A stretch of DNA of 64,000 bases from Octopus vulgaris (lineage: Eukaryota), in contig OX597820.1 of the NCBI GenBank assembly GCA_951406725.2, positions 52,328,001 to 52,392,000 of the forward strand. Direction: 5' to 3'. How positions within the stretch are numbered: position 1 is the first letter of the stretch; every line of letters begins with the position of its first letter. A model generated the notes under the pieces. That model saw only the letters and a program-made list of their open reading frames with translations. It was not told where the DNA came from and made no database searches. This document shows, in pieces, positions 52,085 through 64,000 of the stretch. The translations under genes and the position numbers were made by a program.

Positions 52085-53712
52085 GTATGTATGTATGTAT
52101 ACATAAAATTATAAAACCTTCATTATAATTTTAATAATAATTATTACCTATGAGGTTTTTATTCCCATGCTAACCACTTGATACAATCGTTATTTAAAAA
52201 GAAACGATCTTTCTTTATACGTATGTATATATACATGCAAATACACGCCGTGGGAATGCTGTGGATGCCAATACAAACTTTCTACGCATTACAAAGTAAA
52301 TAGATATTTTTGGAAATAATGCAAGTGCGAATCGTGCTGCACAATTAGAACAAAAATAGAAAAACATTTTCACATTACGTGGTTAAAATCCCCAAAGTCA
52401 AACATTCAGTACGTTCAATGCACTTTATCAGGTATACAACTTATATACTCCCGAAGGTACATATTTTGGTTAGAGATGAAGCAAACGGTCAACGTCGGGA
52501 ACCATTTTTACGATAATCGTTTCCATCTGGAGGATGTTGGGTAGGACACTTATATATGCAGCCCATTCATATACATATCTTGCATAGAAAAATGGAATGA
52601 GTTGTCCTTCGTCTCACGAGGTATCGATCCTACTGGTAATCGCTGAATGGTGCTGAGCACTTTCGTAATTGTTTATGTGCTGTGTGAATGATAGATGCAT
52701 CCAGTTTCGTTGCGTCTATCATACACAATAGAAATTTAACCGATCTTAACACAGGTAACTAGGACGCATCTAATCTTCTGTATTCAATAGAAATCCATAT
52801 TAAGTTAATTTTATTAACATAAGCTAATATACATATATCCTTTCTATCATAGATACACATCTTCAAATTCTAACTAGATTAGATAACTAGATTAGATCGA
52901 CCTCAGCAGAATTTGAAATCAGAACTTAATGATGGGCAAAATACTGCTAACATCTTTGTCCCACTACCTCACGATTCTTCCGAGCCGCCACCTTAGGAAT
53001 AGATGATAAGTATGACACATACATGTTTTTAAGCTGCATAACATATAATTTAAGGGCTAAATGGAAATAACGATTCTCATTTTTTAGAGCATTATGCATT
53101 TTATTACGATACGTAGTCATAGTTTAGTAAAGAGGACAGTATATGTCTTATAGATGTTTTAAAGTTTCCAGTGCTTTATATAAGTAATATACAAAGCATT
53201 TGCACCGTATGCATAGGTTACTCTCCCAGAAATGTCTCCTAGTAATATAGGCATTATTCTATCGTTTCTTACATTAGATTTGTTCAATATTAAAATATAC
53301 AGTCACAGATCCTTATGGTAATAGTAGGTAGCGGAATAGTAGTTTTGAAAGCATGTATCTTGTCATGTTTGTTCAAAGGATTTCTATTCATGCAAACGTT
53401 ATGAATTTTGAATGATGATGTACCAGAGGTATATTTCTGGAAAAAAAAATCTAGATTGTCTTTGTATTTAGTACGGTAACATCAAACATACATATTTGTA
53501 TGCTGTGGCATGTTTCACCACTATTTTAAGTTGCTGTTGGCGGAAAAGATTTATTTAAATTTGTGATCCTTCAGCAATCTGCATTGACACCTGAGGCATT
53601 CACAGAGTGTATCTATTCCTGTGTATATGCGTTTGTGTTTGCGTGTCTATATATTAGTGTGCGTCTGTGTGTTCATATGCAAAGGTGAGCAACTTCCCAA
53701 AGAGAATCCGTT

Positions 53713-53752
<40 letters not shown>

Positions 53753-53769
53753 CACACACGCATATATAC

Positions 53770-53835
<66 letters not shown>

Positions 53836-54308
53836 CTCATTATTTGGGAAATGGTTAGCAAATATACAAAGAAATATACATCGCATATATCTATTCGTTT
53901 TGTAAATATGGAAATCTATGTGTGTATGTGTGTGTGTTTGTGTGTGCATGCGTGTATGTGTGTATATTTGTACATATACCAGTAGTTATATTTTTTGTGA
54001 GTGTGTATATACATATGTATAAGCCTAATGTTCACACGGGTCCATATATATTAACATATAATTGAGACGTATGCATGATTTATATGATCTTTTCTCTGTG
54101 TGTGACGGGTTACATATATACACCATACGTGTATATAATTACGTATGCATGTGTGTGTTAATGTGTGCATATGCATGTATGTATATGTATCTATAAGTAA
54201 GTATATATATATATATATGCTTGTCTGTATGTATGTGTATAAGTTTGTATGTACGACTGTACTTATGTATACATGTCTGAATGTGTTAATGTGTGTGTGT
54301 GTGTGTGT

Positions 54309-54348
<40 letters not shown>

Positions 54349-54975
54349 TAATCTATATATACACCTTTATCTATAAGTATTCGCACAATTATACACAAAT
54401 AAACGTTTGGATTTAGGAGTTTTAAAAGAGGTTGCTAGGCATAGGAATGTTTAGAAGAGTTCACTCACTCCGAATATTTATACCTAATCAATATTGATCG
54501 GATTGGAAAAGATATAAAACCACCTTCTGGCTTCAAGTAAAATGATAATATAGATTGAAGGATAAACGAGGCCATTACTAAGGAAGAAAAATGATCTTTT
54601 GATGCGGTTTATCGCAAAGACCGGCGATGATATATCACAAAGTTATATTATGATATTATTGATTTCATACATAGGAATTAGAATTTTCTTTCGTTGAGAA
54701 AATTCATATAGTGACGTTCATGCCGTTTTGCTTTTTTTTCCTCCTTTTCTTGCTTTGTATTTGATTGATTTTTGGTTTCTCTCTTTTTTTTTTTGCTTGT
54801 TTGTTATTACGAATATATTTATATATCAGTGTATATCTATGTATTTTGAATGAACTTCTTCCAATTTTTCTATGTATCTATGGCTTCGTGTATATATGTA
54901 TTCCTGAATGCATGTAAGTAATTATGTATGCACGGTTGTATATACATCCATATGCATATATACATATGTATATGG

Positions 54976-55021
<46 letters not shown>

Positions 55022-55719
55022 ATAGAAATCTAGCCATATACACTTATATAAATGTATGTGTATACATGAAAATACAAATGTGTGTATACATATCTATTAC
55101 TTATATAGGCAAATTTGTATCGTTTGTATATATATATATATGTGTGTGTGTAAGGTATAGAATCCCTTCGGTCGTGATTGACCATGGGATTGCACCTACA
55201 AAATTCTCCTCCGATGAACAAGTTCGGGCAAATTTGCCTATGGAACACCAGCAGTCTCCCCTCTCTTATAACAGTTCTTGAAGTCCTAATGTTTTAACTC
55301 ATCCCAGCAACGTTTATCCTTTCCTTAAAGTTTAATACTGGATAATTGAACATCATAGTAGAATGCAGTCCATAATAAACCTAAAATGCTGTTACCTTTT
55401 TGAATTGAGCATATATTTATTTATATTGTTTGCAATAAGATTTACCATGGGCCAGTTTGTGGTTCTTACCTGGCCCTTCAAAGAGTGAGTTTATGGCAGA
55501 CGAAACTGGAAACGTCAATGCGCAGTAAAAAGGAAATCATATTCTTGATAAAATAAAATTCAAAAGCAAATTTACTATAACTAGTTGTCCAAAGGTATGT
55601 ATCTTGCAAGCAAATATGCACCGAAGACATTTGAGAAGTGAGTGAAAATCTTACAATATTTTCTTAGATACAGCTAAATATATAATATGCAATATAAATA
55701 GATAATATGCAGATTAATG

Positions 55720-56380
55720 CTCTGAGACCGTTTAGAACCAAGAGAAAGAAACCATGACGAACCTCTGGAGGACATTCATCCTCAGCCGCCTAGATTACTG
55801 CTCCAGCTATGGTCATCTAACAGTGTAAACTTAACGGCGGACCATGAAGCAATCCAGCGAAGATTCACAAAGAAGTTCGTCTCATTGCAGCAGCTCAACT
55901 ACTGGGAAAGGCTGAAACAGCTAAGACTCTACTCCGTGGAGCGAAAGCGGGAGAGGTATGCAGTAATATACATCTGGAAGATCTCGGAGGAATTGTGCCA
56001 AATTTTGGCATTGAAAGCTACACCAATGCCAGAATGGGTTGACACTGCACAGTGCCAAAGTTCCCAGCAATGCCATCACGTTTCGGGATCAGTTACTGCA
56101 ACAGCCTGGATTTCAGGGGCCCCCAGCGTTTTAATATTCTCCCAAAGAGAATGAGGAACCTACACAAAATGGATATAGGTGGCTTTAAATCAAAACTGGT
56201 GCTCTTCTTGTCGAGAGTCTCTGATGAACCTACTCGCAGCAAGAGGTGCAATTGAGAGTTGTGACATCAAACTCCCTTATTCACCAAATTCAACATATTA
56301 GAGGAGGCTCTCAATAATAACAGTGTAGCACAATGGTGGGGCCCCAGAATGGCCACAGCTCTGATCTGAAACTAAAAAAC
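55720..56380 (+). mobile_element. CR1-group LINE 3' portion (RT C-terminus and 3' UTR), decayed
   Basis: LWRTFILSRLDYCS, EAIQRRFTKK, LNYWERLKQLRLYSVERKRERY..IYIWKI, GPQRFNILPK, FKSKL; clade assignment approximate. Confidence 0.8.
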
Positions 56381-56789
56381 TTTTCTATGTAAATATATTT
56401 AGTTTCAGGGGTAGAAGTCAGAGTGTCCGAAAATGTTGTCAGTTTGAATTAGCAGTCGAAATTGCTTGGTGCTTTGAGACAGACGTCCATTAACATCTAA
56501 AATATATGTGTCTATATAAAACCATAACACAGTTGTTGTATCTTGAAGCATGTACGGTTATTCATTTCTATAAAAAACAGTAAAAAATGGCAATATATAC
56601 TCTCACGATAATTGTCATTGCGATCCACATAGCTAACTTGTTTTGTGCAATTAAGGGAACAGGAATTTCGACTGATAATTCAATACCGAGGACATGAAAA
56701 TGTATCGAATAATTGCAACTTTATCGGTAAATGTTTCTTACATATCGTTGTGATATTTGGCATATTAACACAGCGCATAAACTATTGAT

Positions 56790-56993
56790 TCAAAAATTTG
56801 GTACAAGACTAGCAATTTAGGGGCAGGAAGTAAATCAACTACATCAACCCCAGTACTAACTTGATACTAATTTTATCGACACCAAAAAGATGAACGGCAA
56901 AATCGGCCTCGGCGGAACTTGAACTCAGAACGTGAGGACAGACGAAGTGTTGCTAACCATTTCGTCAAGGATGCAGATGATTCTGCCAGCTTG
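56790..56993 (-). mobile_element. Diverged Nin/Deu SINE
   Basis: TTTATCGACACC..AAGATGAACGGCAAAATCGGCCTCGGCGGAACTTGAACTCAGAACGT...TTCTGCCAGCT. Confidence 0.75.
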
Positions 56994-58259
56994 ACGCATT
57001 CCTACGAATAGAATATTATGATACTTTGTCCCATTTCCTTCTTTCTGATATATTTTCATTTGTCTGAATTTATGCAAAGCATATAGGACACTGTAAATTA
57101 TAGAAAAATAAAATAAAAATGCCTTGGAGCATTTCATTTATTACTGCAGACTTAGGGACTCGGATGACATTTGGTCAGCAATAATATTTTTTCCGTTTAA
57201 AGAAAATTAGACCCCCAATACTCACCTTTTCTTTTATGCAGAATTATTTCTTCCATTTCCGACTTAAAAGACTACTATCGTCTTAGTGAATAACTTTTGC
57301 CAAATCAAGGTATACTCAATCTCCTTAGTATTGTTTGCAAAGTCAGGTGATACACAGGCAACTATTGATCCATATAAGATATTTAGGATTTGGTTATATT
57401 GTTGCAAGATTTATATCATGCAATTTACTCCAGGTTGCGAGAAAGGCTTATTTTTTCCTTAAGCAAAAGCTTATTATCCATCTGAATGTGAATCTCTCCA
57501 GGCCTTCTCTAACATCATACATAAAGGATGCAGTCCTATAGTTGTTCATCTGCTCTCTACATTGATAATAGCTTCTATTCATCTATAAATGGATGTTATC
57601 AATTCTTTCAGTATTAACGGAAGCTGCAATGTATCTAAATAGTTTTGACAATTCTTTAGGTGTCAGCAAGGCTCACTTTGCAGGAATTTAATGGTGAGTT
57701 GGAAGACGATAAATCATATAACCGAGCCTGTTTGATAAGTATTTACTACTTTAGATACTTGGCGTTCAGTTAAACTTAAATATCTCAGATTGTTTTGAGC
57801 AGAGGGGGAATTGTAAACTATGAATGTTTTTATTTCCGTTGATATTTATGTCACTGAGAAAGATACAGAGATCTGTATTCTTCTCTTTCCAAAGAAGGAC
57901 CAATAGCAGAAACATATGTCAGTGTTTTAATTATACTTAATTTTTGCAGAAGCAATGAAGTAATGAAAGCTGTTAATGTTCCACGTAAGAAAATTCCAAA
58001 CTATTCAGCTGAATAAGGGACTCCCCATTATTGACACTAGCAATGGTTAAAATAGCAGGTAATAAAACTCAGCTCTTCTTTTTTTCACTCTATAGGGAAT
58101 GCGCAGCTAACAAATGCTCAGACCATAAGAGATCTGCTAGACATGAAAAGACGAAAATACACATAAAAGTAGATTTAGGAAGTGTAATGTATAACGTATT
58201 CTCCTCGTGAGAACCCTTTGAAATAATAAAAAGTACGTACATAATATTTAATCCACAGC

Positions 58260-58686
58260 AGAGGAGACCGGGTCTAGTTGTTACACAGGTAAGTTGTTAC
58301 AAGCTCATTGTTTCCAACTTCACAAAATAAGTGGCACTCGGGTCTCTACTTCGTGAAGGCCAACTGCATAGTATCACGACTGCACATATGTATTGCACTG
58401 GCGGGCTGACACCAGAAAAGGTATGGCTAAAAAAAAAAACGATTTTTTACTCCATAAGTGAAATTTTGCCACAAATTTATTTCCTTAACTACTAAAGAAC
58501 AAGTTACTGAAGTAGTTTGTGGCACATTAGGAAGTGTTCGAAGTTGCCTTAGATACATGAAGGTGTGTCCTGGATGCTATGCATTGCTAGTACTGTGTAC
58601 GAGGTAATCCCCAGAAATTCATGGTCAGGGTTAATTGTTACATTGTATCAACTTAACCCCAGGCATGTAACAACTTACCCCTTCTA
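58260..58686. mobile_element. MITE with bipartite inverted termini (Tc1/pogo-like)
   Basis: Left end TAGTTGTTACACAGGTAAGTTGTTACA; right end TGTATCAACTTAACCCCAGGCATGTAACAACTTACCCC; the motif is doubled at each end. Confidence 0.55.
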
Positions 58687-59044
58687 TTTCAATTTAATAC
58701 GCCATGCCTAGAAATTACAAGAGAAAGACTACAAGGGGGTATACCATTCCTGATGTCATGGAAAGAGCCACCAGAAATGTTGTGGATGAAAAGAGATCAT
58801 AACGGGAAGTTGCCGTAAAACAGCGCATAGAGGATGAAATAAACGAACGGAAATCCAAACCAAAGAAGGCAACTGTTACAGAAAAGGCAACAAAAGGGAG
58901 GGGATGGTCAACAGGCAAAATCAGGTAAAAGCTAAGGGAAGCAGCCTCACGGCAAGCAAGTCGCCAATTGGAAATGCCTATAAAACTCAGCTCTTCCTTT
59001 CACTCTATAGGGAATGCGTGGCTAACAAATGCTCAGACCCTAAG

Positions 59045-59172
59045 AGATTGGTATTCCAACTCCCTTCCAGGTTCAGTCCCACGCGTGACACCTCGGCCAA
59101 GTGTCATCTACTATACCCTAGGGCCGACCAAATCCTTATGTGTAGACTTGATAGAGGGAAACTGAAAGAAAC
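59045..59172 (+). mobile_element. CORE-like SINE 5' half
   Basis: GGTTCAGTCCCAC..GTGACACCTCGGCCAAGTGTC..GGGCCGACCAAATCCTT..GGAAACTGAAAGAA. Confidence 0.7.
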
Positions 59173-59314
59173 CTATATATAAAACTTAGATAAAACTTAG
59201 ATATGTTTCGACCAGAGATTGGTCCAGGCCATGTCTAACTTAATAGCACCACCTGATATATGCATATTTTTATATATGAATATACATATATATATATATA
59301 TATACATCTATATA

Positions 59315-59366
<52 letters not shown>

Positions 59367-59862
59367 TACACCATTGGAAATTGTGCATCTATACAAAGGA
59401 TTAATTCACCCTCTCTGTAATGCTAATAAGCAGGAATTGAGACCCACCTCGTTGTGATTAACAATGGATAAATTTGTCGTCTGTGAGTATGTAATACCTC
59501 ATCATATCTCTGGAAATTCATATGTGCACTATGGATTAGGTCACCTTCTCTGTGATGCTATTAAAACTTTTTTAAATTCTGTGATAAGACTGTACATCAT
59601 CTTTAAAGAACTTTAATGAACTTTGGAAATCTGTTTATGTTACTTAATTATCTACATTACTTCATGAGTATAGCCTCAACCAATAGGATGTCTAGAGAAC
59701 TCACATGTATTTTAGCTGATGAGTACGGGACACGTTTATATGCTGTAATTTTTGCAACTTTTAATAAAGCCTGTCCTTGTATGAAACGATTGTACTAAAA
59801 ACCTATCCATTCTTGTTGCTTCTTTCTCGTATATATATATACATATATATATACATACATCT

Positions 59863-60163
59863 GGAGGCGCAATGGCCCAGTGGTTAAAGCAGCAGACTCG
59901 CGGTTGTAGGATCGCGGTTTCGATTCCCAGACCGGGCTTTGTGAGGGTTTATTGAGCGAAAACACCTAAAGCTCCACGGGGCTGCGGCAGGGGGTGGTGG
60001 TGGTCCCTGCCGTACTCTTTGGCCACAACTTTCTCTCACTCTTTCTTCTGTTGGCCTGCTTGCTTAGACAGCGAGGTGGTGTCATTTGAAGTCTAAAACA
60101 ATGCGAAGCGCATTGTGACCAGCGATGTGTAGCAACATCTTATAGCCTGGTCGGTCACGGTGA
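59863..60163 (+). mobile_element. Third tRNA-derived SINE family, in (TA)n, with RTE-like tail
   Basis: A box TGGCCCAGTGG, B box GTTTCGATTCC, terminal stem TGTGACCAG...CTGGTCGGTCACG reminiscent of RTE 3' ends (inference); single copy in the window. Confidence 0.7.
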
Positions 60164-60199
60164 TATATACATACATATATATAATTATATATATATGTA

Positions 60200-60405
60200 T
60201 TTGTGTGTTTGTGTCTCTGTTTGTCCCGCCTCACCCATCACCATTGTTTGACAACCGATGTTCGTGTGTTTTCGTCCCCGTAACTTAGCGGTTCAGCAAA
60301 ATACATACTAAAATAACAAAGAGTAATTTCTATGATCGACTTGAGCGAATAAAACCCCTTCAGATGGTGCTTCAGTATGGCTGCAGTCAAATGACTGAAA
60401 CAAAT
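60200..60405 (+). mobile_element. CORE-like SINE 3' half
   Basis: TTGACAACCGATG...GTCCCCGTAACTTAGCGGTTC...GCAGTCAAATGACTGAAACAA. Confidence 0.75.
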
Positions 60406-60679
60406 ACGAGTAAGTTTTGAATCAAAGAATGTCATTCATGAGGGTAAATATACTTACAGACTCATGTGGTTGGGAAGCAAATTTCTTACAATACAGCCAC
60501 ATGTATATAAGGGATTATTGAATTTGAAGTACATTTAAAAATTAAATTTCACTAAAATGAATTTAAAATGTTTCAATGAATAGAAGTAATGTGAGAAAAC
60601 AAATAGTGGTGAAAATTAATGAAAAATAAAACTACCTTAATAATTTAGTGGTTCGGCCACTCAATTATTAAGCCACTAA

Positions 60680-60875
60680 GGCGGTTAGCTGGCAGAAACG
60701 TTAGCACGCCGGGCGAAATGCTTTGTAGTATTTAGTCCGCCGCTGCGTTCTGAGTTCAAATTCCGCCGAGGTCGACTTTGCCTTTCATCCTTTCGGGGTC
60801 GTTAAATTAAGTACCAGCTCTAATTGACTGGCCCCCTCCCCTAAAATTTCAGGCCTTGTGCCTAGAGTAGAAAAG
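60680..60875 (+). mobile_element. Monomeric Nin/Deu SINE, full length
   Basis: GGCGGTTAGCTGGCAGAAACGTTAGCACGCCGGGCG...GCCTTTCATCCTTTCGGGGTCG...GGCCTTGTGCCTAGAGTAGAAAAG; lies inside a CORE-like SINE tail (~60645-61005). Confidence 0.88.
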
Positions 60876-61992
60876 AGTTTAGTGGATAGAATAAGTACCA
60901 GGTTTTTTTTTTAAAGAAATACTGCGGTCGATTCTTTCTACTCAAAGTTCAAAGTGGCTCCCCAGCATGGCGGTAGTCTAATAACTGACTCAAGTAAATG
61001 ATGAAAGATAAGATACATCGAGAGCATACATACTCTTATTTATGTTGATTATTAAACAGATATATATATATATATACACTCAACACACACATACAAACAT
61101 TCTCATCGTTTTTTACTTGCTGACTTTGATTTGATTTAATTATGATTCTGTTTTTTTTTTATCTTTAGTTTGGTTTATGTTAATATCATTTTATCTAATG
61201 ATTGATATTTATTTACAAATTCATGTTTTTGATGTGTTTATAGTTACTTTTGTTTATTGACAGTCATATATTTATACGTAACTGCGCTTGTATGTTTATA
61301 ATTGTAAGTATTTGAGTTTATATAAATATCTATACGTGCGTATATGTATGTATGTATTTTTCTCACTTAATATTCTTGTATTCTTTTGTATATGAATGAG
61401 TATGTTTGTGCGCGCGCGTATGTATCATTCTTCTCTCAGCATGATTACTACCAGCTAAATTTATGATTTTATTACTCTTTGTTATACTGTAGTATCTTAT
61501 CTCTTTGAACTGATCGTTATAGAGCTATGTAACCCAATACATGCTGGGCAAGATAGTTTATTGTCAATTATCTTTTAGTCACCTGCTAAAATTTCATGTG
61601 TTCTTATTCTTTATATATTTTCCCTTTTTATGATTTTTCATCCTCTATCAAAGCAGAATCATAATGTGTTCATCATATTTTCTCAGAAATAATTTTCCGA
61701 TGATGTTATACTTACATTATTCTTAATAGCATTGTGATGTAAAAAATATTGAAACAGATGCTGGGATGAAATACTAAGGTATCATTTATGCTATTTTCTG
61801 TTTTATTCCAATGCATTTTTTGGCATGCGTTGTGGCATGCGTTGTGGCAGTAAATAACACCAAAACATAAACATGTATTCACATACGAGTTTAGGAATTT
61901 TGGTCAATATACGTTAGTGAGTTCTAATGTGACTGGCAATTTCTCATGCACAGAGTGCATATCATAACAATGTGCATGTTTATACAATATAC

Positions 61993-62023
<31 letters not shown>

Positions 62024-62389
62024 AACACACATACACAGATGCATATACATATATATTTGTGTGTGTGTGTGTGTATACATATATGCATTCGAACGCACAT
62101 ATCTATGCAACACAGACACATATGCACGCACGTACGCGCGCGAACACACACGCACGCACATACACGCATATATATCTATCTATACACACATCCTATTTTC
62201 CTGTGCATGGATGAAATTTCCGATTTTATATTTGCGTTCACAGTTGTAATATTCGTATAGAATTTTGTGACTTCACTACTCGATGAAGAGGGACGCATAC
62301 AAGGCAACAAAGACGATATCTACGTACACTATGAACGTTAGAATAAGTGTGTGTATGTGTGTGTGTGAGTGTGTGTGTGTGTGTGTGTT

Positions 62390-62475
<86 letters not shown>

Positions 62476-62770
62476 CGCTTTATGTATGTGTGTTTGGAAA
62501 GAGCAATTCAGAGATATCAACCTCTCTGATACGTAAATAATTAGGAACAGATGTTTAAAAACAGTGTGGGTACCTACAAAACTATAGATGTTTATAAGTG
62601 TTTCCTTGTAAGTGTTTACTGGTACATACATGCTAACGTGTGTATAGCCATTTGCACGTATTTATAAACATTTATATGTAGCCACGGACATACAGGCGTC
62701 ACAAACACATACGAACATATAAAAACCAAAGTGGAACATCCGCCGCCTTCAAAAGTAACTATTGCGTTCA

Positions 62771-62890
62771 GTCCTCATCTTGTTTGTTGTTAACACAACG
62801 TTTCCGCTGATATACTCTCCAGCCTTCATCGGTTGTCTTGGAGAAATTTGGAACCTGGAATCTCATTCCTAAGGTATTTTTCGATGTGGT
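62771..62890 (-). mobile_element. Hammerhead-containing tail of the tRNA-HHR element, second locus
   Basis: Matches ~16789-16905; HHR at 62792-62836 reads CAA-CCGATGA-A-GGCTG-GAGAGTATAT-CAGCG-GAA-ACGT-T-GTGTT. Confidence 0.78.
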
Positions 62891-62916
62891 TGTCGTTGTT
62901 ATTGTTGTTATTATTA

Positions 62917-62972
<56 letters not shown>

Positions 62973-63526
62973 GAGTGAGCGAGCAGAGCATGCCATCAAA
63001 GTGACACTGGGGTAAAATATACGAAGCCCAGTATACCCATCATGACTACCCGTCTGATAAGGGTACACCATGCACATGCATCACAACCATATGTGCGCGA
63101 CATGGTGATCTCATATCAAGATAAACAGCACATGACCTTGCAGGTGGAGCCCAGTTAGAATTTTCTTCAGATCGAGTAACCCATCCCGCTCAAAAGGTCC
63201 CTGAATAAGGGTTGTTTAAGGACGTTGAACGAAACACCCATGTTTCCAGAGGTGAATTATTCAAACCCCAAAGAATCCCTCCCAACACATGGCTATGATG
63301 CTCCCCCACTACTTCTGCTCGTGATCAGAGATGCACATATCGTCAGCCACTAAGCGACATGCTCAACTGCTTATGGTCAAACAACTGACAAGCAAATCTG
63401 TGGTATTGAGCAGAATATTTGCTGTAGCCCATCTATTATACCAAGACAAAACAATGTACATGATAACACTTCCAATCAGTTAAGATCAGAAACCATGAGA
63501 GCCACTGCCTGGTACTGCATCAGGGC
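62973..63526 (-). mobile_element. ~550-bp (TAA)n-embedded element, copy 4
   Basis: Same termini as copies 1-3; (TTA)n on both sides. Confidence 0.87.
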
Positions 63527-63554
63527 ATTTATTATTATTATTATTATCATTATT

Positions 63555-63644
<90 letters not shown>

Positions 63645-63647
<3 letters not shown>

Positions 63648-64000
63648 TAGTTTTATTTTTTATAGCGTGCTTTCACTTCACTACCGAGCGCAGCTCTGTG
63701 TACCTTAGGTATGTGCTGTGATTTGTTGTGATGCTCTGATTGTATGTGATTGTATGGAAAGTGTTCTGCGTAGGATGTGTGCAGTGCCTAGTAGTGCAAT
63801 TTTCTGTATGTTATATGTGTTTGTAAATCCTGGTGTTTTTGTTATGTAATTGTCTGAATATTTTTTTATCATGCCTAATGCATCTACTATGATAGGAATT
63901 GTTTCTGTTTTTAGATTCCACATTCTGGTTACCTCTATTTCCAGGTCTTTGTATTTTGAAAGTTTCTCCATTTATTTTAGAGACACGTTGTCATCTGCCG
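63645..64000 (-). mobile_element. Dong/R4 3' end, same family as 5815-8423 (runs off the window)
   Basis: MEKLSKYKDLEIEVTRMWNLKTETIPII...TAHILRRTLSIQ plus a near-identical 3' UTR ending ACTACTG(AAT)n. Confidence 0.92.

Noticed and set aside
58715-58810. RLE-retrotransposon C-terminus (ERATR/LWMKR)
   Set aside because: Short, frameshifted resemblance only.
63500-63526. U2 snRNA similarity (CCTGGTACTGCA) or an HDV-like ribozyme at the end of the 550-bp element
   Set aside because: Match is only ~12 nt and I could not build the HDV double pseudoknot by eye.

Overview
AT-rich, microsatellite-saturated eukaryotic (animal) non-coding DNA. The SINE repertoire (tRNA head + Nin/Deu domain, tRNA head + CORE-like domain, tRNA head + RTE-like tail) and abundant Dong/R4 elements point to an octopod cephalopod genome; this is an inference from recalled repeat families, not a database result. 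No host protein-coding exon could be supported, and most ORF-track entries are microsatellite translations. Recognisable content is mobile DNA: a nearly intact 5'-truncated Dong/R4 RLE retrotransposon in a (TAA)n tract plus four other Dong pieces, a decayed Penelope-like element, a Tx1-like ORF1 interrupted by a CR1-type 3' end, a second CR1-group LINE 3' end, Tc1/mariner/hAT remnants and many SINEs. The most interesting signals are non-coding: (1) a tRNA-headed SINE-like element carrying a minimal type I hammerhead ribozyme, with a Penelope-style inverted partial repeat (16.7-17.5 kb, second copy at 62.8 kb); (2) a tandem pair of hammerhead-bearing repeats resembling a retrozyme (34.3-34.95 kb) plus several more decayed hammerheads; (3) a fixed-length ~550-bp ORF-less element found four times, always in (TAA)n in Dong polarity and repeatedly just downstream of Dong. 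Coordinates were read by eye and repeat boundaries may be off by several bases.
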